DNA from: an uncultured virus (IMG/VR IMGVR_UViG_3300006484_000005)
Lineage: Duplodnaviria > Heunggongvirae > Uroviricota > Caudoviricetes
Length of the DNA: 64,000 nucleotides
Virus record (IMG/VR): IMGVR_UViG_3300006484_000005
Location: 1 to 64,000 of that record
Reading direction: 5' to 3' (one strand)
The position numbers and the translations under genes were made by a program. The notes under the pieces were generated by a model. The model did no database searches. It was given only the letters and a program-made list of their open reading frames with translations, and was not told where the DNA came from. This document shows, piece by piece, positions 9,240 through 18,082 of the stretch (positions are counted from its first letter, which is position 1; the number at the start of each line of letters is the position of its first letter).

Positions 9240-10127
9240 TTATTTTAATGTATCTAAGTATTCGTGTAAGCAAACTTTCCAATTCCTCATATAATTTCTA
9301 TCTAAATCATTAAGTGATTTATTAATTAATTTTTCTGAGTATGGGCGAGGTGCAAAATAATCTACTGCAAAATGATTACTATCAACTTTATTAATAGTTA
9401 ATCCTAAATTTAAGTATTCATTAATAGCTACTGCTGTATCATATCTACTAGCTTCACCCTGACTTACCATATTATATAAACCATAAGGTAAATCTTCATT
9501 AATATGATTTAAAATTGATTGAGCAAAGTCTTTAGTGTATGTTGGTACTCCTAATTTATCATCTACTACAAATAATTCTTTAGCTCCTGATTCAATTTGT
9601 TTTAAAATCTTATTAACAAATTTTTTATCTTTAGCTCTACCACCTCCCATCATCCAACCAGCTCTAAAAATCCAATACTTTTCATATTGTTGATTTTGTA
9701 ATAGTTGTTCTGTGTAGTATTTACTTTTACCATAAGCACTTAATGGGTATGGGGTATCTTGTTCTGTATAAAATTCTTTATCATTACCAAAAATACCTGC
9801 TGTACTAATAAAAACGTATGGAATGTTTCTATCTTTAGCTAAATTAAATAAATGGATAGCAGCGATTGTATTAGTTAAATAACAATCATCTTTTTCGATT
9901 TCACAATATTCTAAATCAACTAAAGCAGCAAAATTTAAAATAATATCAGGATTGAATTCATTAATTACTTGTGATGTATGAGCTAAATCTCTTATGTCAC
10001 AAAAAGTAATATTATCTTCAATTTCTTTATCAGTTAATAAATAATCGGAAGTATCTGTAATATTTTGTAGTGTAGTACCTAACATACCATTAGCACCAGC
10101 TATGAATATTTTTTTAAAGTGTGTCAT
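9240..10127 (-). CDS. rfbD: dTDP-4-dehydrorhamnose reductase-like SDR
   Basis: GANGMLG, YGKSK (YxxxK), PTY, APRP; start placed at MTHFKK. Confidence 0.85.
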   Translation of the reverse strand: MTHFKKIFIAGANGMLGTTLQNITDTSDYLLTDKEIEDNITFCDIRDLAHTSQVINEFNPDIILNFAALVDLEYCEIEKDDCYLTNTIAAIHLFNLAKDRNIPYVFISTAGIFGNDKEFYTEQDTPYPLSAYGKSKYYTEQLLQNQQYEKYWIFRAGWMMGGGRAKDKKFVNKILKQIESGAKELFVVDDKLGVPTYTKDFAQSILNHINEDLPYGLYNMVSQGEASRYDTAVAINEYLNLGLTINKVDSNHFAVDYFAPRPYSEKLINKSLNDLDRNYMRNWKVCLHEYLDTLK

Positions 10128-10746
10128 AATATGCGTTTTGTTTTTCCTGACGTTTAATATCTTTATGATGCCATAAAAATAATTCAGCTGGAATATATGA
10201 AAGAGATCCATATCCTTCAAGTACTTCATGTACTTTATTCTTCCATCTTATAACACCATTATTTTTAAATATACGGTGCTGCCAATCTGGAAAGTTGATT
10301 AGATCTTTATTATCAATTTTTTGTACATTCCATCCCCATTTATCGATATGTTCTTGAGTTAACCCATCTACTGTATTACGTCGGGCAATATAAAATGATT
10401 CTGCTAGTCCTCGATTCGATTCAAATATAGCTGGTAAATATGCCCAAAATTCTTTAGATGGTAATTCATCAGCATCAATTTGAACAATATAATCACCTGT
10501 ACAATATTCTAGGAATTGGTTCTTCCAATCTGCAAAATGACCATTAAAATCTAATTTACGCCACGTTTGCACATTTGGTAATTTATTGAATGAAAGTAGG
10601 TACTCTAATACTTCCGGAGTACCATTTTTTTCATCATACAAGATAACGATTTCATCTTGTACTTGTTTATTTTCTAGTAAGCTAGGAAGGAGTTGTTTTA
10701 TCTCCTCTAATTCATTACATACTGTTACAGCAAAACTAAACTTCAT
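10114..10746 (-). CDS. Glycosyltransferase family 2 (WaaE-like)
   Basis: AVTVCNE, QIDADE, PDWQHRIF, KVHE. Confidence 0.85.
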   Translation of the reverse strand: MKFSFAVTVCNELEEIKQLLPSLLENKQVQDEIVILYDEKNGTPEVLEYLLSFNKLPNVQTWRKLDFNGHFADWKNQFLEYCTGDYIVQIDADELPSKEFWAYLPAIFESNRGLAESFYIARRNTVDGLTQEHIDKWGWNVQKIDNKDLINFPDWQHRIFKNNGVIRWKNKVHEVLEGYGSLSYIPAELFLWHHKDIKRQEKQNAYYDTL

Positions 10747-11182
10747 CGTCATTTTTAATTAAAATTGAATAAGCATACAAAGCAGCTGGAAACATCATAT
10801 TAGGATATACAACTGAGTTGGTCATATCTAATTTGTGGGTTTGACCAACTAATGCTTTATCATTCTCTCCAATTAGAATATATTTAGCAACCCTCCATCC
10901 CCAATTATCTGCGTTTTTGCCATCTGGAAATAACATAGCTTGATTTTGTTCATTTAGTACTGTTGGGTACCAAACAAATCCACTATCATCAATTAGTTTT
11001 AAATCTTTAAATAATTCTGGTTGTGATTCAAATATTGATTTTTCTACATCAGAACCATCTACCATACCTTCATTAGTTTGGTATCCACAATTTTGACAAA
11101 TACGAGTATCAACCCCTTTCATTTTAAGTGCTACTACTGATTTATCAGTTCCACAAATAGGGCAATCAAACATTTCTTCCAT
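10736..11182 (-). CDS. Zinc-ribbon protein
   Basis: CPIC and CQNC pairs. Confidence 0.7.
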   Translation of the reverse strand: MEEMFDCPICGTDKSVVALKMKGVDTRICQNCGYQTNEGMVDGSDVEKSIFESQPELFKDLKLIDDSGFVWYPTVLNEQNQAMLFPDGKNADNWGWRVAKYILIGENDKALVGQTHKLDMTNSVVYPNMMFPAALYAYSILIKNDDEV

Positions 11183-12495
11183 TATTTATTTAGTTTAGGT
11201 AATTCTAATTGATTTAATTTAGGTAAAGATAAAGGGATAAATTTCGGGATAGGTTGTGTTTTTTCATTTAAAATCTGACTTAATCTTTCAGTCATTTTAT
11301 CTAATGAAAATTTATTTTTAGATATATTTGCTTGTTTTTTAGCTAACGGGATAAATTTTTTATAATTTTCAAATACTTCTTTTAAAGCGTACCCTGCTTG
11401 TCCATCATTTGGAGCAAACCATTGAGAATCAGCAATTAACATATTAGGTACTACTGCGGATGCGTGTATTTGTTTTAACTCACCACCTACTAAAACAGCA
11501 GCATCTTTATTTAAGAAATCAATATGACCTGACCATCCTGAAGCAATTACTGGCTTTTCTGTAACTGTAAATTCTAATAATGGACGACCAAATCCTTCAC
11601 CTTTAGTAAATGATACCATTGCTTTTACTTTAGAGTGATTATATAAATCATTTATATCTTCATCTTCTAAATCACCATGTAACAAATAAATGTTAGGTAA
11701 ACGACCACTTACAGTTTTACGAATAGATTCAATTTTTTCAAACATTGAATTACGATCCATAATTGAAGTTGTAGCTGAATTAGTTTTCATAATCAATGCT
11801 GGTGGGTTTGTTTTGCCTTTAAATACTTCTAAAAACGCTTTAACCATATAACCAACATTCTTTCTATCTTCACCAAAATCACCTTGTAACCAATGTCCTA
11901 CAAATAAAAATGCAAAATCTTCTTTAATTTTAGATATTTGTTGTACTAAATCAGTTTGTGATGGAGTCGTTTTAAAGTATTTATTTAAATCTACACCTTC
12001 AAATAACGTTTCAACAGGTGATGTTAATTTAATAATAGCTGTTGTTTTATTTGAATTTTTATCTTTTTGTTCAAATTGACTATTTTCAAATACTGTTTTT
12101 GAATGTTCTGATGATGCTAATATTAAATCCATACGATTACAACCTTCAATCCAAGATGGATCACAAATTGTTGTTTCAATACCTGCTGTTACTCCAATAC
12201 TTAAATGTTTCCCCATTTTCTGGAATTCATTAGGAACTGTAATTTGGAACCATACATCAGGTTGAATTGGGAGTTGATTACCAGTACCAATAATACGGGA
12301 TTTTAAATCCGCTTCCTCTTCAATTTCATCATCTAAGAACCCAAATGGAGTAGATCCCCAACGCTGAGATAATAATTTAATATCCCATTCATCACCTTTG
12401 GCTTTAATTAATGATTTGATAAAATCTCTTGAGCGTGCACCGTATCCACTAAATGTGTCTACGGGTGAGCTTACTATACATAACGGCTTATTCAT
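11182..12495 (-). CDS. Glycosyltransferase family 4
   Basis: SGYG, RKNVG, GEGFGRPLLE (ExFGxxxxE). Confidence 0.88.
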   Translation of the reverse strand: MNKPLCIVSSPVDTFSGYGARSRDFIKSLIKAKGDEWDIKLLSQRWGSTPFGFLDDEIEEEADLKSRIIGTGNQLPIQPDVWFQITVPNEFQKMGKHLSIGVTAGIETTICDPSWIEGCNRMDLILASSEHSKTVFENSQFEQKDKNSNKTTAIIKLTSPVETLFEGVDLNKYFKTTPSQTDLVQQISKIKEDFAFLFVGHWLQGDFGEDRKNVGYMVKAFLEVFKGKTNPPALIMKTNSATTSIMDRNSMFEKIESIRKTVSGRLPNIYLLHGDLEDEDINDLYNHSKVKAMVSFTKGEGFGRPLLEFTVTEKPVIASGWSGHIDFLNKDAAVLVGGELKQIHASAVVPNMLIADSQWFAPNDGQAGYALKEVFENYKKFIPLAKKQANISKNKFSLDKMTERLSQILNEKTQPIPKFIPLSLPKLNQLELPKLNK

Positions 12496-13930
12496 GTTCT
12501 GCTACTGGGTATTTTAAGTAATTTGGTTTATAATCTTCAATTTTAATTAGGTCAAATAATGATCGCGGTGTCCATTTTTCGAATGTTTCATCAATACCAT
12601 CAACAACATTAATACACATATTTTTAGCAGTCATCATTGCTTCGTTTGATGTTACCCACTCACATGCTGCTTTTCCTAATTTAGCATATTCGTTTGAATC
12701 TTCCATTTTTAAAGCATATGCTGATGCTAATTGATTAGCTACATCTCTAAAATCACATCTATCATCAAAGATATATGGTGTTGGAGGAGATCCGATTAAT
12801 GAAATATTACTTGGGAATACTGGAAATGCCCATTTACCATGTTTTTTATATTTACCTAAATGGTTTGATCCGAATTGTTCTGTAAATTTAATCCAATTAC
12901 CATCTTCATCTTCAAAACGCATTTGATCTTGCATACCTCCAGTTACATTTGCTAAAATCGGAGTACCCGCCATCATTGATTCGGTAAGCGATAATCCCCA
13001 ACCTTCATTCGAGGATATCAACGCAGTAATATCGGCTAAATTATAGTAATAATTTAATTGAGATTGTGTGATCTTTTGATTTGAAATGTAAATGTTCTTT
13101 TGTTTATCACCCATTAACATTTCAATTACCTTAGGTAAATCGGTACCATTATCATCAATAGCATCTGTATGTAAAATTAAAGCACATTTATCTGCTTGTT
13201 GTTTTGGTAATTTATCAATAAATGTTTTAAATGCTAAAATCAAATCAGAAGTTGATTTACGTCTTAAATTACGAGCATTATGGAATGTTATAAAATCAAA
13301 TTTATTATTACCCAATACTTGCTTTTCAAATTCTTTAAAATCATTTGATGTTTTATCTACTGGGTGGAAATATTTTTCATTAATCCCATGAGGAACATAT
13401 TTGATTAATCTATTTTTAGCTACATCTCCTAATACTACATGATTAATATTTTCAGTTTGTTTTGAAATAGCAAATAATGTATCGCATGACTCGTAGTATG
13501 GCTTATTATACAATGGATAAGGTAAATCATCCCAAATATTTAAGTAAATAATAGGCATTTTTGAACGAATTTCACGCTCATGTTGAAATAACCAAATCCA
13601 ATAGCGTGGATCTGTAAACAACATAATTGCGTCTGGTTTTTCAATTTCCATAATTTGACGCACAAATTCAATCGTACCATATCCATCAGTAGGATAAATC
13701 ATCACCGATGCATCTTCTATTTCAGCGCTTTTATTAGTGTCTGAAGATAAATCTAATCTTTGGCCTTTTTCTGGGTGATTAATAGCTCCACCAATATTTA
13801 CCCAATTGTAATGATTTGCGGTACCAACAACGATTTCTCTAGCCATAGTTGCTATACCAGAGGTAAATCTAATGTCGTCGCACATTAATAGAATCTTTTT
13901 CCTTTGATCTTTAGGAATGTAATTTTGCAT
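12488..13930 (-). CDS. Glycosyltransferase family 4
   Basis: SGIA, RNLRRK, NEGWGLSLTES. Confidence 0.88.
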   Translation of the reverse strand: MQNYIPKDQRKKILLMCDDIRFTSGIATMAREIVVGTANHYNWVNIGGAINHPEKGQRLDLSSDTNKSAEIEDASVMIYPTDGYGTIEFVRQIMEIEKPDAIMLFTDPRYWIWLFQHEREIRSKMPIIYLNIWDDLPYPLYNKPYYESCDTLFAISKQTENINHVVLGDVAKNRLIKYVPHGINEKYFHPVDKTSNDFKEFEKQVLGNNKFDFITFHNARNLRRKSTSDLILAFKTFIDKLPKQQADKCALILHTDAIDDNGTDLPKVIEMLMGDKQKNIYISNQKITQSQLNYYYNLADITALISSNEGWGLSLTESMMAGTPILANVTGGMQDQMRFEDEDGNWIKFTEQFGSNHLGKYKKHGKWAFPVFPSNISLIGSPPTPYIFDDRCDFRDVANQLASAYALKMEDSNEYAKLGKAACEWVTSNEAMMTAKNMCINVVDGIDETFEKWTPRSLFDLIKIEDYKPNYLKYPVAEHE

Positions 13931-13947
13931 AACTGATTATTTTGTGT

Positions 13948-14148
13948 TTATAGACTTCCGGACATTACTAATGCATTATAACTATGAATTTGTTTTTTAA
14001 ACTCATCATTAGTTAAATATAAATGCATTGCTCTGTTCATTAATTTTTGTAAGTTGAATTTATCTTTTATAGAGGCCATTTTAAATTCCTCAAATATGTC
14101 TCCGTGCACCTTTACACTTGTCAAGACTAATTGTTCATTCTTTCCCAT
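13948..14148 (-). CDS. Ribbon-helix-helix-like small DNA-binding protein
   Basis: LTSVKV strand followed by two helices; first gene after the class B motif heading the GT operon. Confidence 0.5.
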   Translation of the reverse strand: MGKNEQLVLTSVKVHGDIFEEFKMASIKDKFNLQKLMNRAMHLYLTNDEFKKQIHSYNALVMSGSL

Positions 14149-14171
14149 TTTTGTATATTATTATATTTGTA

Positions 14172-14181
14172 TATAAATATA
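14172..14181 (-). promoter_or_regulatory. Class B promoter motif (TATATTTATA)
   Basis: Intergenic; recurs about 11 times upstream of minus-strand starts. Confidence 0.6.
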
Positions 14182-14189
14182 TAACAGAA

Positions 14190-15143
14190 TTAGAAAGATG
14201 AATCTTTATTGCATAGTTCTTTATTGTCTTTAAACGGACACCACTGACATGATTCCTTAGACACGTTTTTGATTAACTCTGTTGACTTATAAGTGCCATC
14301 AGGGTTGAATACTGTATTGATAAATTCTGTAATGTGTGATACTGCTTTAGTACGTTTGCCTTTACCTGAAGCGGGTTCAACGATTTGAATGCGTTTTTGA
14401 GGAAAATCAAGATTTTCATATAGTTTACGTTTAACGATGAAGAATTCCACATCGATTTGTTCTGGGTCGATATTATACTGTTTAGCAAAGTATTCCTTAT
14501 ATAGGATAATCTGCTGCATTTTTAGTTCGTCTTTCTTTTCCTTATCTTTCCACCCCATTTTAGATGTTTTGATATCGAATATTTTAATTTTATTAGTATT
14601 TTCGTTGTATAGAACGAAATCAATATATCCTTTTAAATAAACATTAGGATGATTATCATCAATCGGCTGCACTAGAGGCATTTCGATTCCAACTAAATCC
14701 CATTTTCTAGTACTAAAGTATTCACCTTTATTCTTTTTAAAGTAATCGATAATTGCTAATCCATCTTCATAATAATCACGCATTTCAGTTGCTGATGAGA
14801 AATGAATACCTTTATTATCGTTTAGTGTTTTCTTGTATTCGTCTGAGAATGTCTGTTGGAAGAATGATTCTATATCAATTCGATCGGCTTCGGCTCCACT
14901 TGTATCGAACATAACTTGAATGTAGTGTTGCATCGCAACGTGAACTGATGTTCCGAACACTGCAGCCATTGATGGCTGAAAATTACGATACCCTTCTCTA
15001 TATTCTAGACCCCAACGAAATGGACATTTAGCATAAATAGAGAACTGAGAATATGATATTGTTTTATCATTTTGATAATTTATTTCTCTTACCGCTTTGT
15101 TTTTTATTTCCTTTAGAAGGGCGGGTATCGGTGTTTTGGCCAT
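14190..15143 (-). CDS. PD-(D/E)XK nuclease (Cas4/RecB-like exonuclease)
   Basis: SYSQ...CP, GTSVH, GYIDFV, IFDIKT, Q...Y, C-terminal CQWCPF...C. Confidence 0.85.
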   Translation of the reverse strand: MAKTPIPALLKEIKNKAVREINYQNDKTISYSQFSIYAKCPFRWGLEYREGYRNFQPSMAAVFGTSVHVAMQHYIQVMFDTSGAEADRIDIESFFQQTFSDEYKKTLNDNKGIHFSSATEMRDYYEDGLAIIDYFKKNKGEYFSTRKWDLVGIEMPLVQPIDDNHPNVYLKGYIDFVLYNENTNKIKIFDIKTSKMGWKDKEKKDELKMQQIILYKEYFAKQYNIDPEQIDVEFFIVKRKLYENLDFPQKRIQIVEPASGKGKRTKAVSHITEFINTVFNPDGTYKSTELIKNVSKESCQWCPFKDNKELCNKDSSF

Positions 15144-15516
15144 AACTGTTTAATATGTCTTGAAATTGATCGTTGCTTAATAAAGCAAGATAATCGTTTG
15201 CTTCTCTTTGAGATACTTGTAATAATGAAGATAATTTAGAAACTTTATCCTTATCTATCTTTTCGGAAGCGGCTTTAGTGTATTTAAAATACTTTTTAGC
15301 TTTAGGTAATAATGATAAGTAAATATTATATACTTGTTCTGGTGTTAAATTAGGTATAGCTTGTACTTCATTAGCAAATACACAGTATTCAGAACTCATA
15401 GATAGGTACCTATGTAGCATATATGGATTAATACTTTTAATTTCAGTATCACTCAGTTTGCTATAAGGTACCTTATCATATGATAAGTAAGATAATATCT
15501 TAAAGAATTCGTTCAT
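15067..15516 (-). CDS. Clamp loader small subunit (T4 gp62-like)
   Basis: PYMLHRYLSM, LPKAKKYFKYTK, VSQREANDY; near the large subunit. Confidence 0.7.
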   Translation of the reverse strand: MNEFFKILSYLSYDKVPYSKLSDTEIKSINPYMLHRYLSMSSEYCVFANEVQAIPNLTPEQVYNIYLSLLPKAKKYFKYTKAASEKIDKDKVSKLSSLLQVSQREANDYLALLSNDQFQDILNSYGQNTDTRPSKGNKKQSGKRNKLSK

Positions 15517-15800
15517 TATTCAGGACGTGGAAAACGTGAACGTTTTGGAGCATCGCTTACATCTTCAACTGATGGAGCACCTGCTGTAGGTTGTGTTTTA
15601 GGCATGAATTGTACGTTTACATGTCCACACTTATCACAAGCAAACACGGGGATTGGCATCATACCATCTTGGGCAGTTCCGGTAATAAAGCGGGAAATAC
15701 TGCGTAATACTACTGCTTCATGGAATGTAGCGTTACCACACTCATCGCATGTTATCTCGGTAGTATCTTCGAGATTAATGTTCATTTTTACTGGATCCAT
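15516..15800 (-). CDS. Zinc-ribbon protein
   Basis: CDECG and CDKCG. Confidence 0.7.
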   Translation of the reverse strand: MDPVKMNINLEDTTEITCDECGNATFHEAVVLRSISRFITGTAQDGMMPIPVFACDKCGHVNVQFMPKTQPTAGAPSVEDVSDAPKRSRFPRPE

Positions 15801-16687
15801 TATTTAATTATGTTTATAATTGAGGCGATACACGCCATAAAGTTGATTTCTTTATCTACTACTGTTGCATGTTTGAATTGATAATCAGCTAATGTCATTG
15901 TGATCATTCCATTATCTTTACCTAATTCATCATATAACGCTCTATACATTGGTTCAAAGTCAGATATATTATTGTCTACTAAGTATTGTCTGACTGATTT
16001 AAATGCGTCTTTACCTTGAATTAATTTAATTACATCTTGTATATCAAATCTAGTACCAGCTTTAACAAGAGTTAACTTACCATCAATACTATTCTGTTGA
16101 GTTACATTGATGATTTTACGAATATCTGGATAGAAATTAGTAACGATAGCAGATATGTCTGGTAGGTTATATGTAGTATTTTCTGCTTCTAATATAGAAA
16201 CTAAATGGCGAGCAATATCTGGTTTAGATAATGTTTCAATTTTAAATGCTTGGCATCTAGATTGTAATGGCTCAATAATACGCTCAACGTAATTACACGT
16301 TAGAATAAAACGTGTTTTAGCCGAGAATGTTTCAATTATATTACGTAACGATGCTTGTGCATTAATAGTTAAATAATCGGACTCATCTAGTATTACTACC
16401 TTTAATGGTTGGAATGTAGATGTAGAAGCGAATGATTTTACTTTATCACGAATCGTATCAATACCGTTTTCATCTGATGCATTAATGTACATCATATCGC
16501 AATTGATATTTTTAGTGATTAATTTGGCTAATGTAGTTTTGCCTGTACCTGCTTTACCATATAATAATAAATGTGGTATGTCGTTTTTAATGATCCAACT
16601 CTGAATTGTGTTTTTTAATTCATCATTGCCTATATATTGATCTAATGTTTGTGAGCGGTACTTTTCAGTCCAAAGAGTGTGTTGCAT
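15800..16687 (-). CDS. Clamp loader large subunit (RFC/gp44-like AAA+)
   Basis: WTEKYR, GKAGTGKTT, ILDESD, SRC motif. Confidence 0.93.
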   Translation of the reverse strand: MQHTLWTEKYRSQTLDQYIGNDELKNTIQSWIIKNDIPHLLLYGKAGTGKTTLAKLITKNINCDMMYINASDENGIDTIRDKVKSFASTSTFQPLKVVILDESDYLTINAQASLRNIIETFSAKTRFILTCNYVERIIEPLQSRCQAFKIETLSKPDIARHLVSILEAENTTYNLPDISAIVTNFYPDIRKIINVTQQNSIDGKLTLVKAGTRFDIQDVIKLIQGKDAFKSVRQYLVDNNISDFEPMYRALYDELGKDNGMITMTLADYQFKHATVVDKEINFMACIASIINIIK

Positions 16688-16689
16688 AA

Positions 16690-16839
16690 TTAATTACCTG
16701 GAATATTATATTTTTCTTGAATGTAATTAAGAGCTTTTAATTTATCAATCGTATCTTCGAGTATAGCGATTTTTTCATTTAGTAAAGCGATTTCCTCTTG
16801 GGCGCGTTCTAATTGTAGTTTTACTGATTTTACTGTCAT
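16690..16839 (-). CDS. Small coiled-coil protein, 49 aa
   Basis: Hand translation MTVKSVKLQLERAQEEIALLNEKIAILEDTIDKLK... Confidence 0.55.
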   Translation of the reverse strand: MTVKSVKLQLERAQEEIALLNEKIAILEDTIDKLKALNYIQEKYNIPGN

Positions 16840-16844
16840 AACAT

Positions 16845-17093
16845 TTATTTTAATTTAACTATTGTTACTACCTCACCTGACTTTAAAGGACATTTATCAG
16901 GAATGCCATTTACATTACCACTATTTATAATCATATTTTCATATGGGTCCCATCCATCATCTTCCGTTATATAAATAAATCTTCTTTCTTCCGCTCTTTT
17001 CTTAAAATATGGGTGTCTACATTCCATACCATCCATGCTGTTTCCCCAAAATGGACAATCGTTACACTTTGTTACTTCTTCTACTATTGTCAT
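16845..17093 (-). CDS. Cys-containing hypothetical protein
   Basis: CNDCPF...C...CPL. Confidence 0.65.
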   Translation of the reverse strand: MTIVEEVTKCNDCPFWGNSMDGMECRHPYFKKRAEERRFIYITEDDGWDPYENMIINSGNVNGIPDKCPLKSGEVVTIVKLK

Positions 17094-17326
17094 AGCTTTT
17101 CTATTTCTTGTTTAACTTCTTGCCAATATCCCATAGTTGAATATTCAACATTTGTAAATGTATTAGAATGTGGATTAGCTAATATTATCTCATCTACTGC
17201 AATTAATGCACATTGTTTAGTATTATATTTATGTAAATCTTCATCATATAATCCTATCTTATTTCTTGATTCGGCATTATTAAAGAATTTATCATATAGT
17301 TCTAATGCTTGTTCTTTTGGTGTCAT
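17090..17326 (-). CDS. Hypothetical phage protein
   Basis: MTPKEQALEL...KQCALIAVDEII...YWQEVKQEIEKL. Confidence 0.7.
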   Translation of the reverse strand: MTPKEQALELYDKFFNNAESRNKIGLYDEDLHKYNTKQCALIAVDEIILANPHSNTFTNVEYSTMGYWQEVKQEIEKL

Positions 17327-17341
17327 AACATTTATTTTGAG

Positions 17342-17413
17342 TGGGCCCGGAGGATTACGATACCCCGGCCTAATGATTATGAGTCATTTGCTCTACCTCT
17401 GAGCTACGAGCCC
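17342..17413 (-). tRNA. tRNA with CAT anticodon (Met or Ile2), atypical T-loop
   Basis: GGGCTCG/CGGGCCC acceptor, GCTC/GAGC D-stem, AATGA-CTCATAA-TCATT anticodon arm, T-loop ATCGTAA; no encoded CCA. Confidence 0.8.
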
Positions 17414-17418
17414 TAAAT

Positions 17419-17552
17419 TGAAGAACTTACACGGGACCAACCGCAAGGTATTCTTCATGAAGGAGTGTCTATCTGTATTCTCCTAACCCTGGTTCAGGAC
17501 GTTTGTGTCGTCTAACCAGTCTCATCAGTTCTCGGCACAACCCTAGATGAGA
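17419..17552 (-). ncRNA. Candidate structured RNA (four hairpins)
   Basis: GC-richer intergenic island with stems TCTCATC/GATGAGA, CTGGTT/AACCAG, AGGAG/CTCCT, TGAAGAA/TTCTTCA. Confidence 0.5.
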
Positions 17553-17557
17553 GTCTG

Positions 17558-17704
17558 CTGTAGTGGATGGATTCGAACCATCAAGTGGAGATTCAATTGA
17601 TGACAAACGCTTGCAAGCTGGTGGTCTACCCCATATCATCAATCTATTTCTTTATCCACGTCCTCGGGACAGGAGGATACGTGTGCCAGTTCCGCCACAC
17701 TACA
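17558..17704 (-). ncRNA. tRNA-like RNA (GTC anticodon) with a 78-nt structured variable arm
   Basis: TGTAGTG/CACTACA acceptor plus G73, D-arm GCG-GAACTGGCACA-CGT, TCCTC-CTGTCCC-GAGGA, GATGG-TTCGAAT-CCATC. Confidence 0.8.
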
Positions 17705-17710
17705 GTTTAT

Positions 17711-18082
17711 TTACTCTAAATCTAATTCTAATTGGTTACTAGTGTAACTTACATTAGCACCTTTTGGTAAATTAGTCCAAGTTGTATTTCCATTTGTTAT
17801 AATACTAGAAGCATTATAACTAGTACCACTTCCTGATGTTGTTGTTAAGTTTGTATCACCAGGTTGGCAAGTTATCTTATACTTATCCCATGGATTTACA
17901 TAATGTGGTTCTTGCCACATCGGGCTTGGTTTGAATTCTTCAATAGGTGATCCATAATCAGGACAATCTTTAATCTGATCCAATTCCGAAACAATGGTTT
18001 CCCATTGCTTCGGTGTTGGTCCTTCTTCATTTACTGCTCTAGCAAATCCTTTAAGCCAAAATATAAATTGATCTTTATTCAT
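17711..18082 (-). CDS. Hypothetical protein
   Basis: ORF track; tiles after groEL. Confidence 0.7.
   Translation of the reverse strand: MNKDQFIFWLKGFARAVNEEGPTPKQWETIVSELDQIKDCPDYGSPIEEFKPSPMWQEPHYVNPWDKYKITCQPGDTNLTTTSGSGTSYNASSIITNGNTTWTNLPKGANVSYTSNQLELDLE

Noticed and set aside
14190..15143. Cas4-like nuclease as a sign of a CRISPR system
   Set aside because: No repeat-spacer array or other cas genes were seen; stand-alone PD-(D/E)XK nucleases are common in phage replication regions.
17013..17402. 129-aa plus-strand ORF
   Set aside because: Antisense to two CDSs and the tRNA(CAT).
17514..17535. CTGATGAG on the minus strand, suggesting a hammerhead ribozyme core
   Set aside because: No GAAA follows the next stem, and the motif is paired within the TCTCATC/GATGAGA helix.
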